A DNA stretch of 64,000 nucleotides from NCBI GenBank assembly GCA_020343615.1, contig CP070803.1:628166-692165 (forward strand), read 5' to 3'. The stretch is from Candidatus Woesearchaeota archaeon (lineage in GTDB: Archaea > Nanobdellota > Nanobdellia > UBA10117 > GCA-020343615). Shown here one piece after another: positions 56,666 through 64,000 of this stretch; positions within the stretch are counted from its first letter, which is position 1; the number at the start of each line of letters is the position of its first letter. A program made the position numbers and the translations under genes. Below the pieces are notes generated by a model that saw only the letters and a program-made list of their open reading frames with translations, was not told the DNA's origin and made no database searches.

Positions 56666-57172
56666 ATGAAGTTAGATAAAAAAGATTGTATGATTTTGAA
56701 TTTACTACAAATAAACTGTAGAATGTCTTTAACAGAAATTTCAAGGAAAGTTCACTTATCTGTAGACTCTACTAAAAAAAGAATTAACAAGATGATTGAT
56801 AATAGAGTATTTTTTCCAAGAATACAACTTAGACCGAGGAACTTTGGATTCACAAATATCGTTGATGTAAAAATAAAACTTCAAAATACAAATGAAGAGA
56901 GCGTAAAGAATTTTATAGAATATTTAAAAAAACACCCTAAAGTTGTTGAAATATTTTTAATATCTGGAGAATGCGATTTATCAATAGTGATAGTAGCAAA
57001 AGATTCCATTGATTTAGGAAAAACAACACAAGAAATTAGAAATAAATTTGGAAGAATAATAAATTCCTGGAACGAGTCATTGACAGTGTATTCTTATAAA
57101 TTCGAGGATTATGATATGACTAAATTGATGAAATATAAAAACAATAATAAAGGGATAATAAAAGACAATTAA
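56666..57172 (+). CDS. Lrp/AsnC-family transcriptional regulator
   Basis: LDKKDCMILNLLQINCRMSLTEISRKVHLSVDSTKKRINKM HTH, plus a C-terminal RAM-like domain. Confidence 0.8.
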   Translation: MKLDKKDCMILNLLQINCRMSLTEISRKVHLSVDSTKKRINKMIDNRVFFPRIQLRPRNFGFTNIVDVKIKLQNTNEESVKNFIEYLKKHPKVVEIFLISGECDLSIVIVAKDSIDLGKTTQEIRNKFGRIINSWNESLTVYSYKFEDYDMTKLMKYKNNNKGIIKDN

Positions 57173-57179
57173 ATTTAAA

Positions 57180-57923
57180 ATGGAAAAAGTTAGGGGAGAT
57201 ATAGGAATTAGTACTACTTCATTTTTTTATTGGTTTGAAGATACTAGAAGTAATTGGTTAAATCGCCAATTAGAAGTTCTCGAATTAATTAAAGATATTT
57301 TTATAACTGTAGAGCTTCATTTTTTAGAAAGAAATATTTTCGAATTCAATGAAGAGTTCATGGAAAAATATTCAAAAAAATTATCTTGGTTTAATAAAAT
57401 AACTTTACACTTACCTTCTAATTTTTCAGATGTTGTAAGTCCAGAAGAATATAATATAGCTAATAAAAAATTAAATGAAATAGTAGAAAGATTGAATATA
57501 GAATATTGTGTCATGCATGCAAATCAATACAAAAAAATTGATTTTAATTTTACATTCCCAATATCCATTGAGAATACCGATCCTAGATCTGAAGATTATG
57601 ATTTAATTAAAATCAACGAACTTGAAAAACCAATAGTTTTAGATGTTGATCATTTAGAAGAAAAGGGAGAAGGAGTTTTTGATGAACAGATAGACCTTCT
57701 AAAAAATAAAATCTCAGAGATTCATTTTTCTATTCCTAGGAATGAATACTATAACCAATTCAAAGAAATAATCACACCACACTTTTTAGCATACAAGTCT
57801 GATTATAATATTCCTAAAAAAATACCAAAAGATAAAATATGGATAATTGAAGGAGTTATTCCAAATAACAGAATGGATATGTTAGAAGGCGAGGTAAAAT
57901 TAATTGAAAAATATAAAAACTAA
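57180..57923 (+). CDS. hypothetical protein, possibly a xylose-isomerase-like TIM barrel (sugar phosphate isomerase/epimerase family)
   Basis: Periodic strand-end H/D/E residues (VELHF, LHLP, VMHA, IENT, LDVDH, IHFS); weak. Confidence 0.35.
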   Translation: MEKVRGDIGISTTSFFYWFEDTRSNWLNRQLEVLELIKDIFITVELHFLERNIFEFNEEFMEKYSKKLSWFNKITLHLPSNFSDVVSPEEYNIANKKLNEIVERLNIEYCVMHANQYKKIDFNFTFPISIENTDPRSEDYDLIKINELEKPIVLDVDHLEEKGEGVFDEQIDLLKNKISEIHFSIPRNEYYNQFKEIITPHFLAYKSDYNIPKKIPKDKIWIIEGVIPNNRMDMLEGEVKLIEKYKN

Positions 57924-58321
57924 TCTTTTTCTATTTTCTTGAAAAATTTAGCAGGAGTCCCAAACCATATTTCATTAGGAGGAATGTCTTTATTTACTAA
58001 ACTATTAGCACCAACTGTAGAGTTTTCCCCGATAGTTACACCCGGCATAACAACTGTTTTTGTTCCAACATTACAGTTCTTTTTTAAAACTACCTTACCA
58101 CTCTTCCCATCAATAGATGAATGGCTCATAATTACTGCGCTCCATCCAATTTTGACATCATCTTCTATTCTTACACCACTACTAGCATCGATTACTGTGA
58201 AAGCACCTATTTCAGTGTTTTCTCCAAGTTCAAAATTTTCACGATGTCTTACTAACCAATACCATTGAGTCATTCCATAATCATCATATATTGGTCCTTG
58301 ACGCTTGCTTTTTTCCACCAT
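57920..58321 (-). CDS. hexapeptide-repeat (left-handed beta-helix) acetyltransferase
   Basis: Repeated [LIV]-G-x4 units (IGAFTVI, IGWSAVI, VGTKTVV, IGENSTV, VGANSLV). Confidence 0.8.
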   Translation of the reverse strand: MVEKSKRQGPIYDDYGMTQWYWLVRHRENFELGENTEIGAFTVIDASSGVRIEDDVKIGWSAVIMSHSSIDGKSGKVVLKKNCNVGTKTVVMPGVTIGENSTVGANSLVNKDIPPNEIWFGTPAKFFKKIEKD

Positions 58322-58322
58322 T

Positions 58323-59009
58323 TTAATAATCTCTTAACTCTTTTATTTCACCATATTTTTTAAATAATTGCTTTTTTCCTCTTTCCACTAAATCTTTATC
58401 TGCAGTAATACTTTTACTATGTCTAAAATAATTAAATAGAGGCTCGTGAATCCTCCTTCCTTTATATTTTTGTTTAAGTTTGATTAATAAATCATATTCA
58501 GGGAAAACTAAGTTTTCATCATAATATCCAAGATCGTCAAATATTTGTTTTTTAAACATAATTCCACCAGCAAGACAATTAAGAATATTATCTGTGTTAA
58601 CAATTTTCTTATTTCCTTTTTCATCAGTTTCGTAATAATCACTATACACAAAACTAACGTTCTCATCATTTTCGATTACATTAAACATCTTTTCTAGAAT
58701 ACTCGGTTCAAAAGTATCATCTCCATCCAGCAATATTAAAAAATCAGTTTTTGTATTCCTAATACCATCATTAAGTGTTTTGACGTAGTTTTTGTTATTC
58801 ACATTCATTACTATAATGTCTTTTTTGTGCCTTTCTAAAATCTTAGACGTATTATCTGTAGAACTATCATTTACCACAAGTATATCGAATTTGTCTCTAG
58901 ATAATGTTTGATTAAGAACGCTTTTAATAGCCTTGCTAACTAATCCTTCTTGATTATGAGTCCTTATTATTATAGTTACTAATTTCATTTTGTAAATAGA
59001 TAATCCCAA
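58323..59009 (-). CDS. GT2-family glycosyltransferase
   Basis: VTIIIRTHNQEGLVSKAIKSVLNQT, VVNDSSTDNT, LLDGDD (DxD). Confidence 0.8.
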   Translation of the reverse strand: MGLSIYKMKLVTIIIRTHNQEGLVSKAIKSVLNQTLSRDKFDILVVNDSSTDNTSKILERHKKDIIVMNVNNKNYVKTLNDGIRNTKTDFLILLDGDDTFEPSILEKMFNVIENDENVSFVYSDYYETDEKGNKKIVNTDNILNCLAGGIMFKKQIFDDLGYYDENLVFPEYDLLIKLKQKYKGRRIHEPLFNYFRHSKSITADKDLVERGKKQLFKKYGEIKELRDY

Positions 59010-60091
59010 GTGAGTCCTGTATTAGCCTTTATATCTTTTGTGACTTTAACTTTTTTATTTAGTAAGAATTCATAATATCTTGGATGTAAACCATTATCTT
59101 TTTCCCCAGGTCTTAGCACATCTATATTCTCTTTAGTAAGCATATCGCCCTTTTTAATATCTTTAATTGTAAAAATTCCCCGATATGCAAATTTTCTAAC
59201 ATACTCTTCAACAGGATATACTTTCTTTTCACCAGATCCTAAAAGTATTTCATCAATACCCATACGTTCATTATCCGCAAGTTTTCTTTCAGCTTCTCTT
59301 ATCGCTTCAACCATTTGTTTAAGTTGTTTAGGATTAAGCGCAAAACTATGGTCTGCACCTGGAAGAGTTTTATCCAATGTAAAGTGTTTTTCTATAACTC
59401 TTGCACCCATGGCAACAGCAGCAGTTGGAGCCTTAACAGGATCTTCGGAATGATCTGAAAAACCAATTATTGCTTCAGGGAATGCAGATTTTAGAGTTTG
59501 AATGACTCTAGCATTAGTTACTTCTAATGGTGCAGGGTACTTTCCAATACAATGCATCATTACTGTTTTATTATTACCTTCATTTCTAATTGTGTGATAT
59601 GCTTCTTCTACTTCTCTAAGTAATGCACAACCAGTTGAAAAAATAATAGGTTTCTGTTTCCTTGCACAGTGTTTAAGTAAAGGTATATGTGTTATAGCAA
59701 ACGATGCCATTTTTATAGCATCAATGTCATTGTTAGCTAATGTATCTGCAGATTTTTCGTCACAAGCAGTACAAATAAAAATAACATCTTTCTTTTTACA
59801 GTAACTCATTAATTTCGGTATCCATGATTCTGATACTTCAACTTCTTCCATAAGGTTGTATATAGATTTCTTTTCACCTTTAGCAGTTGTATAATCGCCT
59901 GCTTCCTTATGATACATTTTCTTAGCTTTAAATAATTGAAATTTAACAGCATCAACTCCAGCTTCAGTAGCAGCATCTATCATTTTTAAGGCTTGATTAT
60001 ATTTTCCATCATGATTTATTCCAGCTTCAGCTATGACGAATACTGGTTGATCTTCTCCAACTAATCGATTACCGATTTTTATTTTATTCAT
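58985..60091 (-). CDS. neuB: nonulosonic acid synthase (NeuB/PseI/LegI family) with C-terminal SAF domain, copy 1
   Basis: VFVIAEAGINHDGKYNQALKMIDAATEAGVDAVKFQ; 368 aa. Confidence 0.85.
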   Translation of the reverse strand: MNKIKIGNRLVGEDQPVFVIAEAGINHDGKYNQALKMIDAATEAGVDAVKFQLFKAKKMYHKEAGDYTTAKGEKKSIYNLMEEVEVSESWIPKLMSYCKKKDVIFICTACDEKSADTLANNDIDAIKMASFAITHIPLLKHCARKQKPIIFSTGCALLREVEEAYHTIRNEGNNKTVMMHCIGKYPAPLEVTNARVIQTLKSAFPEAIIGFSDHSEDPVKAPTAAVAMGARVIEKHFTLDKTLPGADHSFALNPKQLKQMVEAIREAERKLADNERMGIDEILLGSGEKKVYPVEEYVRKFAYRGIFTIKDIKKGDMLTKENIDVLRPGEKDNGLHPRYYEFLLNKKVKVTKDIKANTGLTWDYLFTK

Positions 60092-60165
60092 CTTGGGCCT
60101 CTAAAAGCATGTTACTTTATAATAATACAAATTATAAACTTTTTGGAGAGTAATTAGTAATTATA

Positions 60166-60906
60166 TTACCAAATACGAGACGTTCCTGTAGGAATATCTA
60201 AATTTATTTTTTTAAAATCAGGATTTTTATCAAGAAAAGAAATAACATCTCTAACTAAAATAGTATCTTTTTTTATTTTTTCAAAAATAATATTTGCAAG
60301 TCTAAGATCCCTTTTAGTATCTATTGTAAGGCGGATATCAGGTCTGTTAAGTTCTTTATCAAGCTCATATTTTTTGATCTTGAACATATCTTTATTATCC
60401 TTTATGAATGAAGTTACAAGCTCACTTTTATGTTTATCTTCACCAAGTTCATGTGATTTTATAAGAGCAGCGCTGTTTATAATTTCAACAATACAACCTA
60501 AAGGAAGGTCAATAGCATAGGAAAAATCATATCCTTTATCTATATGTTCTTCTATAAATTTGTCAAGCTTTTCGAAATAAAATAAAGGATTTTCAGATGT
60601 AAGTCGGAGTAAAACATCAACATCAAACTTTTTTATACAATCTACATATCTTTTTAAAACATCTTCCTCGTCCCCAATAAAATAATCAACATTTAACCTT
60701 TTTGCAAGTTCAATAAATACAGAATTCTCTTTTTTATCTGAGGTAGCGATTATAATTTGATCAATGTTCCTTAGTTTTTTAACTCTTTCAATAACATGCT
60801 CTATTGTTGGCTTCCCAGTGATTAGTTTCATGGGTTTTCCATACATTCTCTTAGAATCCATTCTTGCAGCTACAATAGCAGCCACTTTTTTATCTTTAAA
60901 TCTCAT
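60166..60906 (-). CDS. CMP-nonulosonate/acylneuraminate cytidylyltransferase family (SpsF/PseF-like)
   Basis: VAAIVAARMDSKRMYGKPMKLITGKP; 246 aa, lying between the two NeuB genes. Confidence 0.7.
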   Translation of the reverse strand: MRFKDKKVAAIVAARMDSKRMYGKPMKLITGKPTIEHVIERVKKLRNIDQIIIATSDKKENSVFIELAKRLNVDYFIGDEEDVLKRYVDCIKKFDVDVLLRLTSENPLFYFEKLDKFIEEHIDKGYDFSYAIDLPLGCIVEIINSAALIKSHELGEDKHKSELVTSFIKDNKDMFKIKKYELDKELNRPDIRLTIDTKRDLRLANIIFEKIKKDTILVRDVISFLDKNPDFKKINLDIPTGTSRIW

Positions 60907-61913
60907 ATTTCAAGTTTCTCCAAAGTTATTTCTTCGTCCTTTCTAATTTTTTCTTTAACTTTTTTACCTATAACCTTATCAACATTATAAGGATAAAGAC
61001 CTTGAGGAGATCTTTTAAAAGCAAGATTTTCTAAAGTCAATATTTCTCCAGCCGCAATATCCTTTTTAGCAACGATATGTTTCATAGTAGTGAAGAAATG
61101 CTTCTTTTGGGTTTCCGAGAGTACTAAGTTACTAGATCCAAACATTTCCTCTAAATCTCTAATTTCATTTACAAGCTTTTTAAAAACCGGAGGCTCAATT
61201 GCAGATTCCCAATCAATATTCTTCTTACTTTTATCTAAAGTGAAATGCTTCTCAAGAACAGTCGCACCTATAGCAACGCCTGCTATTGATGCAGTTAGTC
61301 CAGTTGTATGATCTGCGAAACCAATAGTATAATCAAATTCTTTTTGTAGCATGTTTAATATGTTAAGATTAATATGTTTTGATTTAGTAGGATAATCTTG
61401 GAAACCATGCATCAGGATTATTTTATTATTGCCAGCTTTTTCAATAATCGCGATAGCGTTTTTTAAGTCCTCCATTTCAACAAGGCCGAGATGTAAAATC
61501 ATAGGTTTTTTCTTTTTAGCAACATATTCTAAAAAATAAGGATTTCTTAAGTCTCCTGTGTGTATCTTAAAAATCTTAACACCGATAGAATCCATCAAAT
61601 CAACACTTTTTCTATCGTTCACATCAACAATAAACTCTAGATTATTCTCAGTTGCCGTTTTAAACAATTTAATCCACTGGTCTTTAGTAAATTCAAGTTT
61701 CTTATATAAATTATAATATTTGTGCTCTTTTACAGCAAAAGACTCCGCGAATAAACACTGGAATTTAACAGCATCTGCTCCAGTCTTTGCAGCAGCATTA
61801 ATCATTCTTTTTGCAGTTTCGAAGTCACCATTATGATTATTGGCAGCTTCCGCTATAATGAATATATGCTCATTCGTTCCAATAATTTTATTACCTAACT
61901 TTATTTTTTTCAT
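60903..61913 (-). CDS. neuB: nonulosonic acid synthase (NeuB/SpsE family), copy 2
   Basis: IFIIAEAANNHNGDFETAKRMINAAAKTGADAVKFQ; 336 aa with a SAF-like C-terminus. Confidence 0.82.
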   Translation of the reverse strand: MKKIKLGNKIIGTNEHIFIIAEAANNHNGDFETAKRMINAAAKTGADAVKFQCLFAESFAVKEHKYYNLYKKLEFTKDQWIKLFKTATENNLEFIVDVNDRKSVDLMDSIGVKIFKIHTGDLRNPYFLEYVAKKKKPMILHLGLVEMEDLKNAIAIIEKAGNNKIILMHGFQDYPTKSKHINLNILNMLQKEFDYTIGFADHTTGLTASIAGVAIGATVLEKHFTLDKSKKNIDWESAIEPPVFKKLVNEIRDLEEMFGSSNLVLSETQKKHFFTTMKHIVAKKDIAAGEILTLENLAFKRSPQGLYPYNVDKVIGKKVKEKIRKDEEITLEKLEI

Positions 61914-63085
61914 TTCCTATCTATACTAATTATTTCTCCAACAGCATCAATCACATACTCAATATCCGCTTTTGTCATGCTAGGATATAGAGGTAATGAA
62001 ATAATGTTCTCATATATTTTTTCCGCTATTGGGAAATCTCCAACACAATAATTAAAAGTTTTCTTATAATATGGATGAATATGGAGAGGTATAAAATGTA
62101 CACTCGTTGAAATACTCCTCCTTTTTAACTCTTCAATAAATTCATTTCTATTTATTTTGAGATTTGAAGTATTAAGCCATATTGTGTATAAATGGTATAT
62201 GTTACCAACCTCATCTTTAATTTTTCTTAATTTAATTTCTGGAATCTTAGAAAAAGATTCATTATATATAGCTGCAAGCTTTCCTCTTTTTTTGTTTAAG
62301 TCACCTAATTTCTTTAATTGGGAGAGGCCCAAAGCAGCTTGAATATCACTCATATTATATTTATATCCTTTGTCTAATATTTCATAATACCAAGATCCTT
62401 CATCAGAGTAACGCTTCCAAGCATCTTTACTGATACCATGAAGCCTTAATATGTTCATCTTTTTAGCGTACTCCTTATCATTAGTCGTAACCATACCACC
62501 TTCTCCAGTGGTCATATTTTTTGTTGCGTAAAAGCTAAAGGCTGTTATGTCTCCAACATTGCCTATTTTTTTACCTTTGTATTCAGCACCAATAGCATGA
62601 GCAGCGTCTTCAATAACTTTTAAATTATGTTTTTTAGCAATAGCCATAATCTCATCCATATCGCACGGTTGACCACCATAGTGAACAGGGATTATTGCTC
62701 TGGTTTTAGAAGTTATTTTTGCTTCTATTTTTTTAGGATCAATGTTATAAGTATCTTCTTTTATATCTACAAATACAGGTTTAGCATCAAAGTAGCATAT
62801 AACCTCTCCAGTAGCTGCGAAAGTAAATGGAGAAGTTATAATTTCATCACCTTTTTTAATTCCAATAGAATCTAACGCAATATGAAGAGCCGCAGTACAA
62901 GAATTTACAGCTATAGAATATTTTGAGTTTGTATACTTACTAAATTCCTCTTCAAATTTTTTAGTCTTAGGTCCAGTAGTTATCCAACCAGACTTCAGAG
63001 TATCAACTACCTCGTTAATTTCTTCCTCTTCAATGTCCGGTTTAAAATAAGGAATCTTTCTCATTTGTCTCTTAAATTTAATCAT
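61910..63085 (-). CDS. DegT/DnrJ/EryC1-family PLP-dependent sugar aminotransferase (PseC/LegC-like)
   Basis: FSFYATKNMTTGEGGMV (PLP Lys); 391 aa. Confidence 0.85.
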   Translation of the reverse strand: MIKFKRQMRKIPYFKPDIEEEEINEVVDTLKSGWITTGPKTKKFEEEFSKYTNSKYSIAVNSCTAALHIALDSIGIKKGDEIITSPFTFAATGEVICYFDAKPVFVDIKEDTYNIDPKKIEAKITSKTRAIIPVHYGGQPCDMDEIMAIAKKHNLKVIEDAAHAIGAEYKGKKIGNVGDITAFSFYATKNMTTGEGGMVTTNDKEYAKKMNILRLHGISKDAWKRYSDEGSWYYEILDKGYKYNMSDIQAALGLSQLKKLGDLNKKRGKLAAIYNESFSKIPEIKLRKIKDEVGNIYHLYTIWLNTSNLKINRNEFIEELKRRSISTSVHFIPLHIHPYYKKTFNYCVGDFPIAEKIYENIISLPLYPSMTKADIEYVIDAVGEIISIDRK

Positions 63086-64000
63086 TTTAATTTATAGCTT
63101 TCAAGCTCGAGACAGTCTTTACATGCAGGAATTAGATGATGGTTTAAATTTTTATGATGTTTTCTTATAGCATTCAATTTTTTACCATTCCAGATGTTAT
63201 GTATAGTTTCTTTATTAACATCGCCAAGAATGCTTTTCATTTTCCAATCACCACAACACATCATGACCTTACCGTCATAAGATATTACTAACCTTTGCCA
63301 AAGCATAGAACAAGCTTTTCTACCAACAATTGTAGAACCTTCAACGTAAGGTTTGTTTTCTTTATAGTGTATTTCAGGATTTACAAAAACTTCATCTACT
63401 TTTGGTTCCCAGAAATCAACAAACTTATTTATCTCGTGTTCATTTTGTTTAAGTTTAACCATTTGTACACGAACAAAAGGCTTTACCGCATTTAACTCCT
63501 TTTTACGTTTTAAGAAATACTCAACATTTTCTGTTAACTTATCATAGCTTCCACCAACTCTTATCCTTTCATAAACATCTTTACTCGCGCCGTCAATAGA
63601 AAATATTATCCGATCTAGACCGGCCTCTATTAGCCCGTCAGCTTTTTCTTTGTCAAGTAATTGACCATTAGTATTAAATTGAACATCAATAATGCCCTTC
63701 TTTTTAGCATAATCAACCATTTCAACAATTTTAGGATGTAGTAATGGCTCCCCTCGCCAATTAAGTTTTATTGAACACAAATTATTTTTAGATCCTTCAT
63801 CGATAATTTTTTTATAAAGATTCCAACTAATAAGACCTGGAGGTGTACGTTTAACAGCATTAAAACACATTATACATCTTAGATTACATCCACTAGATGC
63901 TTCTATGTCTAAGTGAAGTGGAAATTTTGTTACGAGTTTAAGTTTAGGCGCATATATCCATTTTAACCTATATTTTCTATAATTTAAGTCTACGCCTCTT
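63082..64000 (-). CDS. radical SAM protein with C-terminal SPASM-like Cys motifs, 5'-truncated by window edge
   Basis: Hand translation upstream of the listed Met stays open to nt 64000 and gives LHLDIEASSGCNLRCIMCF (CxxxCxxC). MMCCGDW and CKDC near the C-terminus are SPASM-like. Confidence 0.75.
   Translation of the reverse strand, partial: RGVDLNYRKYRLKWIYAPKLKLVTKFPLHLDIEASSGCNLRCIMCFNAVKRTPPGLISWNLYKKIIDEGSKNNLCSIKLNWRGEPLLHPKIVEMVDYAKKKGIIDVQFNTNGQLLDKEKADGLIEAGLDRIIFSIDGASKDVYERIRVGGSYDKLTENVEYFLKRKKELNAVKPFVRVQMVKLKQNEHEINKFVDFWEPKVDEVFVNPEIHYKENKPYVEGSTIVGRKACSMLWQRLVISYDGKVMMCCGDWKMKSILGDVNKETIHNIWNGKKLNAIRKHHKNLNHHLIPACKDCLELESYKLK

Noticed and set aside
1-64000. Mobile elements (IS, transposase, integrase), toxin-antitoxin or known defence systems
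   Set aside because: No transposase or integrase motifs, terminal inverted repeats or typical defence ATPase/nuclease pairs were recognised. The RHH proteins lack an adjacent toxin-like partner.

Overview
AT-rich, gene-dense archaeal chromosome segment. PolD DP1 and DP2, Orc1/Cdc6, Hef/XPF, and TrmB, Lrp and PadR-type regulators point to a small-genome, possibly DPANN-like lineage that uses folate, but taxonomy cannot be proven from the sequence alone. All calls come from reading the supplied ORF translations and the DNA by eye; no searches or statistics were run.

Layout:
- (1) 1-14.4 kb, replication and repair island: a split Hef helicase / XPF nuclease, DP1, a candidate oriC with TTCC-NN-TGGAA ORB-like repeats flanking a pure-AT stretch, then orc1/cdc6, DP2 and a Cas4-like nuclease.
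- (2) 14.4-19 kb, mixed genes, including an orphan 367-aa protein with visibly atypical composition.
- (3) 19-27.6 kb, dNTP supply: glyA, a duplicated-domain thyX and dCMP deaminase. Then nrdR with tandem NrdR-box-like palindromes, nrdD whose glycyl-radical tail sits in another frame, and nrdG.
- (4) 28-64 kb, a large surface-glycan island:
  - UDP-GlcA/GalA genes, two EamA transporters and a flippase.
  - A nonulosonic-acid cluster with two NeuB paralogs and an AglXYZ/WbpG-HisH-HisF-like acetamidino module.
  - A cysDN sulfate-activation operon with no recognisable downstream sulfur enzymes.
  - Three paralogous RHH regulators.
  - A seven-gene operon at 43.0-50.7 kb.

Most interesting: the enzyme families of that seven-gene operon match the Campylobacter jejuni O-methyl-phosphoramidate (MeOPN) donor pathway, which I know only from Campylobacter. 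The matches are a glutamine-kinase-like ATP-grasp/phospho-His enzyme, a C26 hydrolase, an NTP-transferase and a SAM methyltransferase.

No rRNA, tRNA, CRISPR array, transposase or integrase was recognised.
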